A stretch of DNA of 63,146 nt, the filler included, from Octopus bimaculoides (lineage: Eukaryota), in NCBI RefSeq assembly GCF_001194135.2. It is 6 parts of 5 records of this genome, joined end to end, with 100 filler letters (N's around TTAATTAATTAA, not from the genome) between each part and the next. Parts side by side here need not be neighbours in the genome. Positions count along the whole stretch, not along the records: positions 1 to 19,611 come from NC_068992.1; positions 19,712 to 31,754 come from NC_068992.1; 4 more parts are not named here. One strand, given 5' to 3'. The position numbers and the translations under genes were made by a program. The notes below the pieces were generated by a model that saw nothing but the letters and a program-made list of their open reading frames with translations, did not search any database and was not told the origin of the DNA. Shown here piece by piece: positions 12,690-24,797 of this stretch (positions within the stretch are counted from its first letter, which is position 1; each line of letters starts with the position of its first letter).

Positions 12690-12741
12690 AACATGGTGAA
12701 GCAACATGGCGAAGAAACATGGCGTAGAAACATGGCGGTAT
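12690..12741 (+). repeat. 13-bp minisatellite x4 (aacatggcgaaga)
   Basis: aacatggtgaagc aacatggcgaaga aacatggcgtaga aacatggcggtat. Confidence 0.9.
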
Positions 12742-13218
12742 GTTTGGCCTTATTCGACTCCTATAGATATAAAGATTATTTATATAACAAAACAAGGCAG
12801 CAGCTATTATTGGCAGTTTAATGTCAGTGTATGCATACAAACAGGCACACACACAAACAAACACGCATATATACAGCAATATAAGTGTAAACACACACAC
12901 ACACACACATCTATATATATATATATATATATNNNNNNNNNNNNNNNNNNNNNNNNNNNNNNNNNNNNNNNNNNNNNNNNNNNNNNNNNNNNNNNNNNNN
13001 NNNNNNNNNNNNNNNNNNNNNNNNNNNNNNNNNNNNNNNNNNNNNNNNNNNNNNNNNNNNNNNNNNNNNNNNNNNNNNNNNNNNNNNNNNNNNNNNNNNN
13101 NNNNNNNNNNNNNNNNNNNNNNNNNNNNNNNNNNNNNNNNNNNNNNNNNNNNNNNNNNNNNNNNNNNNNNNNNNNNNNNNNNNNNNNNNNNNNNNNNNNN
13201 NNNNGTGTGTGTGTGTGC

Positions 13219-13281
<63 letters not shown>

Positions 13282-15892
13282 CCTACTGCATATGGTGTTC
13301 TTTATTAGTTGTTTTATAGTAAGTGTTCTATTACTATTTATTATTGTAGGTCATGCCTGCAACATATTTTGTCTCGAGCAGATAAAATTCTCTCTTGCCA
13401 GATCATGTGGACTGCATCAGTTTCAAATTGCTGTTAACGACTTCTTCACTGTCTGCGACAGATTGGGGAGATTCTTCCTTTTAATTTATCTTCTTCTCTC
13501 CTCTACCTTATCTTCTTTTTGTTCTTCTTTCTCTACTTTTTCTTCTTTTTTATATCTTCTTGCCCGCATCCTTCTTCATCATAATCCTCAGCTTCTTTCC
13601 TTTCTACTCCTGCTGCTGGTCTTCCTCTTTCTTCTCCTCCTCTCCCTCTCTACTCCTACTCCTCTTTCTTCTTCCTTGTCTGCTCATTGACCTTTGAAAT
13701 CTCCCTACCTCCCCCGTCCTTCTTCTATCTCTCCTTCTTTTCCTTCTTCATCGTCTTCTTCATCACCTTTCGATCTATTTTCCCGAATCCTGCTCATAGA
13801 TTTGTCCAAAATATATTTCCTCTTGTAAAATAGTATTTTGTATTTTGCCTGGATTTTGTTGTTATTTTTCGCAGCTCAGGTTTTTGCGTTATAGAAAGCA
13901 ACAAGTTAATACTATCAATTTCAACAATTATTTGATCATTTGCACCTCTTACACACTGCTCCCATGTATGAGGCCGCATCTATCATATACACGTGTACAC
14001 TAAACATCATCCCTAGTCAGAAACGGCTTGACACTGAGAGATAAGATTGAGCCATTGTATTTCAAATGCAATGTATCCAATAAGCTTCCGCACAGATTTC
14101 GTCTGCCCGGTTTCTCTCACATGACATAACACGATTCGAGTCTATGGTAAAAGTGATTTATATCAGATACATTGCAATGGGGTCAAACCGGTGTCTCGTA
14201 TTTCCAAGAGTTTTCTTAAGGAAAGAATGATTTAAATAGCCAATATTTTGATAGGCTGTGGCGCTAAAGTACTACAGAAGAATTTATAAACAATACTTCT
14301 CCAGGTAGTCATACGCGTCATTATTTCATATTACATACTCCGCCGAGATCAACTTCGCCTTTCAGCCTTTCTTGGTCGATAAATCAAGTATCAGTAGTGT
14401 ATTGGGGGTCGATCTAATCAACTGGCTCTCGCCTCCAAATTTCAGGCCTTGTCCCTATAACAAAAAGGATTATTTCAGATTACATGTCGAGAATGATATG
14501 ATTGAATCCCCTAAAGACTAGCACGAACACCTTTAAGTTGATGTATAATTTATTATTTCGAATGTTGGCAGAAGCAGTTTAAAGGAGAGGGGTTTACCCG
14601 ATTTCATTAATCCTAGCATTCGACTGATTCTTTAATTTATCGACGTGAAAACACGAAAGGCATAGTTGACATCGGTGACGTAGGAATTCTGAATATAAGA
14701 GGCCAGATACTGGTAAGCATTTTATCCGACCGACTTAAAATCTTGCCAGATCGCAGCCTATACCAACATACAATTAATGGTTTCAAATTTTGGCATAAGA
14801 CCAGAAATTTTAGAGGTAGGTTAAGTCGATTATATCTATCCCAGTGTTTTAATCAAACTTATCTTATCGACCCCGGGGGATGAAAGACAAAGTTGACTCC
14901 GGAGGAATTTGAACTCCACTAAGCAGTTTTCCCGACGTGCTAACTATTCCACCAATTCGCTGTTTCATACTGATGCATAATTAATATAAAAAAGTGAACG
15001 AAGAGTTTGAATGTAACAAGGGCATGTTCGAAACGTGATCAAAAAAGCAAACGTTCATATGGCAGTATTAAGGCGAGCTGCCATTTTGACATCTCGCTAA
15101 CATAAATATATGTAAGTATTTTACATTTAACATTAAATTTAGCAAAGAAATCCAAGGCATTTTATTTATCTATTCATTTATTGTTTTTATTAAGTACGAA
15201 CAGAAATAAAAATCAAATCGTACGAGAATAACTTCTAGTATTTCACTGTTAGCAGAACTGATAAAATCTTATTTTTAGTTGAGATAAATCTTTTCATATC
15301 CAACATAATGCGAAATAATCACAACTAATTCATGAGAAAAATATAGCATTTTCGATATAGTAGCTTCCTTGGTGCTATTTTGGTAATAGGTTAAACAAAG
15401 CTGCTGCAAAAAAAGAAGTGAAAACAATTGTCCCCTTTAATACAAAATACTAAGCGTGTGATTAATGTCTTAGACGTTATTTGAAAAGTTACAAGTTATC
15501 TTTTTTTTTCTATTGTTGCATAAAATATATATTCATGATTTAAAGCTATCTGAATTCCTTCCATCATTATAAATGAACTTAAAACAATTGAATAATCATG
15601 TTCTATGAATAATTTGCGATCTCTAGAAAATATAAGAAGTATTGGGAAATGAAGCAACTTAAAACTGATTTATACATAAATTAAGCGGTGTTAATATGTA
15701 TGTGTATATACGCAGGCATGCACATGTGTGGGTGTTAAAGTATGTATTTCATATATAGTTATAACTCCTCTAAATCCTGGAATATTCAAAACGGAGCCTT
15801 ACTAACGGCTGCAGTGTAATGGTCTCGGCGGAACTTCAGTTTTAGACGTAAAGTTAAACAAAATCCTGTTAAGCATTTTGTCTGGTATACTC

Positions 15893-16342
15893 TTTTTTAC
15901 ACTTTTACTTGTTTCAGTCATATGACTGCGGTCATGCTTCAGCACCGCCTTTAGTCGAGCAAATCGACCCCAGGACTTATTCTTTGTAAACTTAGTACTT
16001 ATTCTATAGGTCTCTTTTGCCGAACCGCTAAGTTACGGGGACGTAAACACGCTAGCATCGATTGTCAAGCGATGTTGGGAGGGGGACAAACACACACATA
16101 TATATACATATACATATATACGACGGGCTTCTTTCAGTTTCCGTCTACCAAATCCACTCACTAGGCTTTAATCGGCCCGAGGCTATAGTAGAAGTCACTT
16201 GCCCAAGGTGCCACGCAGTGGGATGGAACCCGGAACCATGTGGTTGGTAAACAAGCTACTTACCACACAGCCACTCCGGTGCCTTTGAACCTGGAACCAT
16301 GTGGCTGGTAAGCAAGCTACTTACCACACAGTCACTCCTGCG
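15893..16342 (-). mobile_element. SINE family A, full length, with tandemly duplicated 5' head
   Basis: rc matches 44319-44740; the segment gaacc(c/t)ggaaccatgtgg(t/c)tggtaa...cttaccacacag occurs twice (about 16225-16280 and 16287-16342). Confidence 0.9.
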
Positions 16343-16384
16343 CATGATAAAGATTCTGCAGGCTCGGCGCCTTAATAATAATTC

Positions 16385-16790
16385 TTCTTTAATTTGGCGA
16401 AAGACCAGCAAATCTAATGGGTGGGAAAGTCTATTGCATTGACCTCAGTGATTAACTGGTAGATTATTTTCTTCACCCTGAAAGAATGAAATATATAGCT
16501 GATCTCGGTGACTTGTTGAATTCAGAACTTAAAGACGGACGAAAACCTGCGAAGGATATTGTTCGGCACGCAAAACATTCTGCAAAATCTAGGTACAGCA
16601 ATTGAAATTTAGGAGGAAGGGGCTACTCGATTGCAACAAACCCAGTGCTTGGTTGGTACTTATTTTATCGACCCCAAAAGGATGAAAGGTAAAGTCTACA
16701 TCTGCGGAATTTTTAATCAGAAAATAAGATGGACGATATGCCACAGAGTATTTCGCACGGTGAGCTAACGGTTCTGTCAGTTCACTACTG
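16385..16790 (-). mobile_element. Two degenerate SINE family B copies in tandem
   Basis: Repeated ggtacttattttatcgacccc..aaggatgaaaggtaaagtc-like cores and rc B boxes. Confidence 0.7.
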
Positions 16791-16820
16791 TAATGATGAT
16801 AACAAAAACAACAATAATAA

Positions 16821-17349
16821 TGACTCTCGTGGCTTCTGGTCTTAACTGATTGGAAATCTTATCATGTACACTGTTTTGTTTTGGTATAAAAGATGGGCTA
16901 CAGCAAATATTCTGCTCGATACCACAGATTTGCTTGTCCGTTGTTTGATCTTAACCAGCTGAGCGTGTCCCTTAGTCGCTGACGATATGTGCATCTATGA
17001 TCACAAATAGAAGTTGAGTGGGGGCATCATAGACATGTGTTGAGAGGAATTCTTTGGAGTTTGAATAATTCACCTTTGGAAACATGGGTGTTTTGCTCAA
17101 CATCCTTAAACAAACCTTATTCAGGGACCTTTTGAGCGGGATGGGCTACTCGACCTGAAGAAAATTCTAACTGGACCCCACCTGCAAGTTAATGCTCTGT
17201 TAATCTTCATATGAGATCACCATGTCGCGCACATATGGTTGTGATGCATGTGCCTGGTGTACCCTTATCAGACGGGTAGTCATGATGGGTATAATGGGCT
17301 TCGTATATTTTACCCCAGTATCACTTTAATGGCATGCACTGCTCTCTCA

Positions 17350-17352
<3 letters not shown>
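16821..17352 (+). mobile_element. Interspersed repeat family D (no recognisable tRNA head), followed by (AAT)n
   Basis: Near-colinear with the reverse complement of 29180-29646 (cttattcagggaccttttgagc...ctcgacctgaagaaaattctaactgg). Confidence 0.8.

Positions 17353-17414
<62 letters not shown>
17353..17414. repeat. (AAT)n microsatellite running into an N gap
   Basis: Seen directly in sequence. Confidence 0.95.
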
Positions 17415-18051
17415 NNNNNNNNNNNNNNNNNNNNNNNNNNNNNNNNNNNNNNNNNNNNNNNNNNNNNNNNNNNNNNNNNNNNNNNNNNNNNNNNNNNNNN
17501 NNNNNNNNNNNNNNNNNNNNNNNNNNNNNNNNNNNNNNNNNNNNNNNNNNNNNNNNNNNNNNNNNNNNNNNNNNNNNNNNNNNNNNNNNNNNNNNNNNNN
17601 NNNNNNNNNNNNNNNNNNNNNNNNNNNNNNNNNNNNNNNNNNNNNNNNNNNNNNNNNNNNNNNNNNNNNNNNNNNNNNNNNNNNNNNNNNNNNNNNNNNN
17701 NNNNNNNNNNNNNNNNNNNNNNNNNNNNNNNNNNNNNNNNNNNNNNNNNNNNNNNNNNNNNNNNNNNNNNNNNNNNNNNNNNNNNNNNNNNNNNNNNNNN
17801 NNNNNNNNNNNNNNNNNNNNNNNNNNNNNNNNNNNNNNNNNNNNNNNNNNNNNNNNNNNNNNNNNNNNNNNNNNNNNNNNNNNNNNNNNNNNNNNNNNNN
17901 NNNNNNNNNNNNNNNNNNNNNNNNNNNNNNNNNNNNNNNNNNNNNNNNNNNNNNNNNNNNNNNNNNNNNNNNNNNNNNNNNNNNNNNNNNNNNNNNNNNN
18001 NNNNNNNNNNNNNNNNNNNNNNNNNNNNNNNNNNNNNNNNNNNNNNNNNNN

Positions 18052-18540
18052 AGACAAAAATCATGCCTCCTCATTGATATGACTGTCCCAATCGATATAA
18101 ACGTATCTGTCAAGACCTACCAAAAACCTGAGCAAATATAAAGATCTTGAAATAGAAATTAGCAAAATGTGGAACCTCAAGACTAAAACAATACCTATTG
18201 TCATAGGTGCCCTGGGAATGACAGCGAAACGGGCTGATTACTACCTAGCTCAGATACCAGGAAACCCCAAAATGACTGAAGTTCAAAAGATAGTGCTCAT
18301 GGGAACTGCCCATATCCTACGTAAAATACTGTCTATGTGATCTCAAATTTTAAAACAAACACATAATTTTCTTATGGTTTCTTAAACATTCTCTAGTACA
18401 ACACTATGTACAAATCCAAACACATGGTACTCTAGGCATAACACCTACATGGACTTCTAACTTGTTGTCTCTTAAGGTCTCTGGGTGAGACTTGGATCCA
18501 ACTTGTACAAATGCAAAACAAAAGTCAAACATAAAATAAT
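18052..18540 (+). mobile_element. R4/Dong-like non-LTR retrotransposon 3' end (RLE domain C-terminus plus 3' UTR)
   Basis: [53 protein letters not shown]...GTAHILRKILSM* (one frameshift near 18127, stop 18338-18340), ending in (AAT)n. Confidence 0.85.
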
Positions 18541-18569
18541 AATAATAATACTGCTACCTTTTCATCGAC

Positions 18570-18815
18570 CGATAAAAAAGGTAGCAATATTACCAATTAT
18601 TGTCAGAGCCCTGGGAACAGTGAGCAAAAGTCTCGAGAAGACGTGGGACAAACAGGGGCTGCAATAAGAGTGGAGCACTTGCAGGGAACAGCACTGCTTG
18701 GAACCGCTTGAATACTCCTGAAGGTGCTCGAAAAATAAGAGGTGTTACCTTAGTTCACTGGTAGTGAGCAGCTGACACTATTGTACATGTCCAGCGTTAA
18801 AAGCTGTGCAAATGC
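18570..18815 (+). mobile_element. Divergent R4/Dong-like 3' fragment (second subfamily)
   Basis: KVAILPIIVRALGTVSKSL...EHLQGTALLGTA*ILLKVLEK* parallels the RLE C-terminus; different UTR; followed by long (AAT)n. Confidence 0.7.
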
Positions 18816-18837
18816 AATAATAATAATAATAATAATA

Positions 18838-18896
<59 letters not shown>

Positions 18897-18937
18897 TATA
18901 ATAATAATAATAATGATAATAATAATAATAATAATAA
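18816..18937. repeat. (AAT)n microsatellite
   Basis: Seen directly in sequence. Confidence 0.95.
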
Positions 18938-19418
18938 ATCATGCCTCCTCTGTGATATGGCTGCCCCAATCGATATAAATGTATCTGTCAAGACCTACCA
19001 AAAGCTATGCAAGTATAAAGATCTTGAAATAGAAATTGGCAAAATGTGGAACCTGAAGACTAAAACAATACCTGTTGTCATATGTGCCCTTGAAATGACA
19101 GCAAAAGAGGTTGATTACTACCTAGTGCAGATACCAGAAAACCCCAAAATGGCAGAAATTCAAAATCAGTGCTCATGGAAACTGCCCATATCCTACGTAA
19201 AATACTGCCAATGTAATCTCAAATTTTAAAACAAACATAATTTTCTTATGTTTTCTTAAACATTCTCTAGAACAACACTATATACAAAACCAGATAAATG
19301 ACACCGTATTCATAACATCAGCATGAACTTCTAACTTGTTGTCTCTTGAGGTCTCTGGGTGAGACTTGGAGCCAACTTGTACAAACACAAACCAAAAGTG
19401 AAACATACAATAATAATA
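18938..19418 (+). mobile_element. Second copy of the R4/Dong-like 3' end
   Basis: Colinear with 18058-18540 (aaatcatgcctcctc...aaaccaaaagtgaaacata), then an AAT tail. Confidence 0.85.
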
Positions 19419-19611
19419 ATCAAACACCTGGAAAATAACAACCTGTTTCCAGAAGAGCAGAAGGGATGCTGCAAGGGCTCATACGGCTGTAAAGATCAAT
19501 TATTGATCAATAAAGCCATAACTGAAGACAGCCGCAGAAAGAAGAAAGGCCTCAGTATGGCCTGGGTGGACTACCAAAAGGCTTTCGACAGTGTTCCCCA
19601 CACGTGGATTC
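19419..19611 (+). pseudogene. R4/Dong-like reverse transcriptase fragment
   Basis: KHLENNNLFPEEQKGCCKGSYGCKDQLLINKAI...LSMAWVDYQKAFDSVPHTWI carries the RT EQKG and D(Y)xKAFDSVPH motifs; truncated by a gap. Confidence 0.9.
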
Positions 19612-19711
19612 NNNNNNNNNNNNNNNNNNNNNNNNNNNNNNNNNNNNNNNNNNNNTTAATTAATTAANNNNNNNNNNNNNNNNNNNNNNNNNNNNNNNNN
19701 NNNNNNNNNNN
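19612..19711. other. Artificial scaffold join: 44 N + TTAATTAATTAA + 44 N (also 31755-31854, 53587-53686, 56834-56933, 60984-61083)
   Basis: Identical 100-bp structure five times; the 12-mer has stop codons in all six frames. Confidence 0.95.
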
Positions 19712-19772
<61 letters not shown>

Positions 19773-20363
19773 TATTGGACAAAGAAATCAAAATGAAAAA
19801 GAATTCTTTATAAGAGGGAGAGAAAGTAGCCATTATATCGTGTTATAGTTGCAATCAAGATGTTCTTTTATTTCACTCAAATACGTGTGTTTGATTAAGT
19901 TAAGTCTTCCTGTTACTGTCAACATATCTGTGTGACTAAAACTGGTAATTAATGCTCACCCTTCATATGGAAAGTGTTTGTCGTGGGAAATAAGCATCAA
20001 GCAAGAAGGAAAATATTAAACAGTTACATATAAAATATATTGAAATATTTTGACCTTCAGTCACAAACTGCCATGAAAACATGTTCCTTCTTTTGAGTGG
20101 AATTCAACGTGTATGCTGTATACTATATTGTCTTGGAGAAATTCTAGTATTTTCTACGATTCTTTGGTGAACCATTAACTGGTTTAATTCTATATTTGCA
20201 GCCACTTCTCTCCATCGCTAATACACTTAGAAAGAAAAAATAAAAGTTTGTATGTTATAATTACTCGTATTAAATTACTTTAAGTTGTTACGTGTGATCT
20301 CTTATATAAAGAGCATTACATTACATATGCAGAAATACAGGTAAACACACACACACGCACACA

Positions 20364-20418
<55 letters not shown>

Positions 20419-20844
20419 GTGCATAAACACACGTGAACACATAGATATGCGTGCATACACGCACATGCCCAATCATACGCACACATACGCACAAAAGCAC
20501 AAACACTTGCATTCAAGTGTATCATCGCCGTCATCAACATTATATAAATTTTCAACATTATCATCCTCGTTATCAATTATGGCAACCGCAACAACAACAA
20601 CAACAACAACACCAAAGACAGCAACCTTTTGACGAACATTTGTTGTTGAAGAGACAGATCACGTGTCAAAAGCACTTAGTATAATGACCAACTGACACAC
20701 ATGTTCTTATAAGTATATTTCTTTTGATCCGTGGCCGCCATACATATGACTCGAACCCACTTAACAAGCTTACGTAATGCCACCCAGCTAACCTAACCGT
20801 CATTCACTCATCAACAGTGTGAGTTGCAATATTTCTTCAACGTT

Positions 20845-21225
20845 CAAATTCCGCCGAGGTCGACTTTGCCTTTCATCCTATCGAGGTCGATTAAATAAGT
20901 ACCAGTTAATCACTGGGGTCGATGTAAGCGACTTAATCCCTTTGTCAGCCCTTGTTTGTTCTCTCTGTGTTTAGCTCTCCTTTTGGGCAATAAAGAAATA
21001 TATATTATATTAAGGTGGCGAGCTGGCAGAAACGTTAGCACGCCGGACGAAATGCTTAGCGGTATTTCGTCTGCCGTTACGTTCCGAGTTCAAATTCCGC
21101 CGAGGTCGACTTTGCCTTTCCTCTTTTCGGGGTCGATTAAATAAGTACCAGTTACACACTGGAGTCGATGTAATCGACTTAATCCTTTTGTCCTTGTTTG
21201 TCCCCTTGTGAGCAATAAAGAAATA
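20845..21225 (+). mobile_element. SINE family B dimer (5'-truncated plus full copy) within one TSD
   Basis: 17-bp direct repeat aatatttcttcaacgtt at 20828-20844 and 21226-21242; the full copy starts aaggtggcgagctggcag at about 21012. Confidence 0.85.
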
Positions 21226-21244
21226 AATATTTCTTCAACGTTTT

Positions 21245-21530
21245 GGGCGGCAAGGTGGCAGAATCGTTAGCGCACCGGGTAAAACGCTTTGCGTTCTGAG
21301 TTCAAATTCCAGCGCGGAAGACTTTGCCTTTCATCCTCTCAAGATCGATAAAATAAATACTGTTGAGCAGTGAGGATCAATGTAGTCGATGTATACCTTC
21401 AACCGAAATTGCTGTGCCAAAATTTAAAACCAATAGGTTTTTAACGCTTAAGATAGCGAGCTGACTGAATGCTTAGCGGCATTTCATCCGTCGCTATGTT
21501 CTGAGGTCAAATTCTGTCCGTACAACGCCA
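21245..21530 (+). mobile_element. Older SINE family B copies
   Basis: ggcggcaaggtggcagaatcgttagc...gagttcaaattcc; a second head at about 21450. Confidence 0.7.
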
Positions 21531-21569
21531 TGCGACTATGATAAACATTATATACCAGCATCGCTATGT

Positions 21570-21890
21570 GCTGATTTGCATACTCGATTACTTATCTTGG
21601 CTGATTCGTTGTACCTTAGAGTGGTACCGATCACGTTTATATACCTTGTGTCCGACTCTATGATGCTGATGTCGTTCGGTGATGCTAACAAGGTTGTTCC
21701 ACCTCCTGGCTCAAACATGATAGCCCTCAACATCTTTAGTTTACACAATAGCGGTTTGAGAGTCAGTACATGTAGGAGAAACGAAAGAATACAACCGTGA
21801 CGGACGAAGAGCATGATATTGAGTGGTTTCGATATGTGACCATTTACCCACTGGGAGAATTAGCTGTACCTAGCGGCAATTCAACCTTAA
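21570..21890 (-). pseudogene. Tx1/L1-like reverse transcriptase remnant
   Basis: VNGHISKPLNIMLFVRHGCILSFLLHVLTLKPLLCKL...TTLLASPNDISII corresponds to VNG...SVRQGCPLSPLLY...AYADD with decayed catalytic residues. Confidence 0.75.
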
Positions 21891-21914
21891 AAATTACAAC
21901 GGTAATAAAGATGA

Positions 21915-22140
21915 AGTATTTTTTGTTCTGCACTTCGCTGTCCACCCTCATCTTTTTCAAGTTTCACTTCCAAAAGTTGACAAGGGATTAGCCAAAGCGG
22001 GAAGAATGCATTTTCAACCTCCATAAACAATTTCCCATGTCCACCAGACAAATAAAGACAGCCAGCTCTTCTCTGTCAAAGAAAGGCAGCTGGACGATCT
22101 TCACAAAGGACGCATGTGATAGTCGGATCCACCCCACAGG
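21915..22140 (-). pseudogene. Tx1/L1-like ORF2 C-terminal remnant
   Basis: GWIRLSHASFVKIVQLPFFDREELAVFICLVDMG..LWR...SLVNFWK*NLKKMRVDSEV resembles the region after the ORF2 C-terminal zinc finger (recalled, not searched). Confidence 0.5.
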
Positions 22141-22728
22141 TGACAACAGGTGTTCGTAATCAAGTCATCAAGTCTGGGCACTGGGCGAATGCATACGTCG
22201 GAATAGTACTTGCCAGCATTTTTACCATCTTGTAAAGTTGAGGATTCAAATCCGACCAAACTTAACTTTGTATTTCAACCATTCTGGATGGATTGAAATT
22301 TAGTAGCAGCCATTTACTACTATATGTACCAGGTTCGATGGTTCCAAGTTAACACCTCTCCTCAAAATTTGCTGGTATTTGACTGTATTAGAAATACTTA
22401 CATAATATGGTTTTGTAAACATCCAAACTGATACATAAGGCCGAAACTCATGTATAAATTAATTAAAAGAATGTGGTTCTCAGTCAGAATTTCTGACCAT
22501 GAATTTCTGACCAGTGGAGCACTTTAGTTCATTGAACGAGCGCTTAAGTGGCTGCTTTCGTTGTTTTTTTTTTCTTAAGCGGACACGTGTTCCCTTAGCA
22601 TAAATCTCAGGCAGCCTGAATCCGCGTGACACACACCGACAATGTTGTACGTTTGAATTATTGCACATGATTTCAGTGTACTCAATTTCGCTCACAAGAC
22701 CCGTATACGAAGGAATGAATATATTAAT

Positions 22729-22821
<93 letters not shown>

Positions 22822-23400
22822 AATGATGGCACCCCATTAAAGATGTGAGCTACTTAATTCATGGTGTAAACAAAACGGGAGAATTATTACATAATTAACA
22901 CCCTTGTGTGTCATGAGAAATTAGTACTTCAAATCCTGACATTGATGGTGGTGGTGGTGGTGGTGGGGCAAATTCCTAATTGTATTTGTTTGAATATGTG
23001 CGTTATGTCTTTGTTTTTTCGCATTTCGTACGATTAAACGCAAGTACGTTTGCAGTTTCATTCTTTCTTCTCTCCCAGATTTTATCGTCGTCCATTTTTC
23101 TCATCTACCTTCCCACCTATTTTCGCTTTAAAACCCGTGATAGAGAAGAGAGAAAGGCTTATGAGAATATTAAAGTGGAAATATTACCGTGAAAACTATC
23201 AGACAACTAGTTCACACGCTTAGCAGAGTTTTTGTTTGTAAACAAAACCAGCCTAAATGTAACCTTTTACAAGTGAATTGAATTTGGGTTGAGGCCAACA
23301 GATTTCTCTGGCTTTTTATAGAAATAAATTCCTTCTTCGCCTTTATTTTTATCTGTCTCTCGATTTTTACCTTCTTTAATTTCTCTCTCTCTTTCTCTCT

Positions 23401-23452
<52 letters not shown>

Positions 23453-23967
23453 TTCTTCCTCTCTCTCTCTCTCNNNNNNNNNNNNNNNNNNNNNNNNNNN
23501 NNNNNNNNNNNNNNNNNNNNNNNNNNNNNNNNNNNNNNNNNNNNNNNNNNNNNNNNNNNNNNNNNNNNNNNNNNNNNNNNNNNNNNNNNNNNNNNNNNNN
23601 NNNNNNNNNNNNNNNNNNNNNNNNNNNNNNNNNNNNNNNNNNNNNNNNNNNNNNNNNNNNNNNNNNNNNNNNNNNNNNNNNNNNNNNNNNNNNNNNNNNN
23701 NNNNNNNNNNNNNNNNNNNNNNNNNNNNNNNNNNNNNNNNNNNNNNNNNNNNNNNNNNNNNNNNNNNNNNNNNNNNNNNNNNNNNNNNNNNNNNNNNNNN
23801 NNNNNNNNNNNNNNNNNNNNNNNNNNNNNNNNNNNNNNNNNNNNNNNNNNNNNNNNNNNNNNNNNNNNNNNNNNNNNNNNNNNNNNNNNNNNNNNNNNNN
23901 NNNNNNNNNNNNNNNNNNNNNNNNNNNNNNNNNNNNNNNNNNNNNNNNNNNNNNNNNNNNNNNNNNN

Positions 23968-24028
<61 letters not shown>

Positions 24029-24797
24029 ATCTATCTGTGTCTCTATCTATGTCTATATACATGCACACACATATCTTTTCGTCTTCTCATGTAATTGTTT
24101 TCGCCTTTTTATGAAACATTTCTGATGATTATTTTCTTGCTAATTTTATCTTTTTGCTTCCTACGGCTTCTCCTCCCCACCCCATTCGCCTCCTCCTGCC
24201 ATTCCTCCCCTCCCACTCCTTCGATTGCTTTGTTATTTTACTTCTTTTGAAAGGATGTCACAGTGGCAAGGAGCGAACACACGCACTCATTCATATACAT
24301 ACGTACATACATACATACATACATACAAATATCCACACACAAATACATACACGCATATGTTAATAATTAACTGAATGTAATCTATTCACATTACAGCTTA
24401 AAGTTCCGCTATTACATCGTCATTGCAATACTACAAAAATTTGTCTACCTTTACTCCATTGTCACATACATTGGACACACATGTAGTAAACCATGGTAGA
24501 AAATCAAGCATTTTCTTCAATAATTGCGTTTAGGAAAGTCATATAGTTCAAACTTCTCGATGCTGGCGTGAGAGCTATTGAACCTGCAGTAATTTCAAAT
24601 TTAATTGACATACAGATTCTAAATTTCATTCCCAATACATTCCGTTCAATTAATGATGGAGTACATAGGTCAGATTATTCAACTCCAAAAATGTGAAATG
24701 GGTAAAGTCAGGAAACTCGTTGTCAAGCTACTGTAAGTAGCGATATTAAAATAGTTGCTCCCTCCGTGTAATATTTAGTTAATATCTTAATAGCAAC

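Noticed and set aside
12690-12741. CRISPR-like array
   Set aside because: 13-bp units with no spacers, in eukaryotic DNA with no cas genes.
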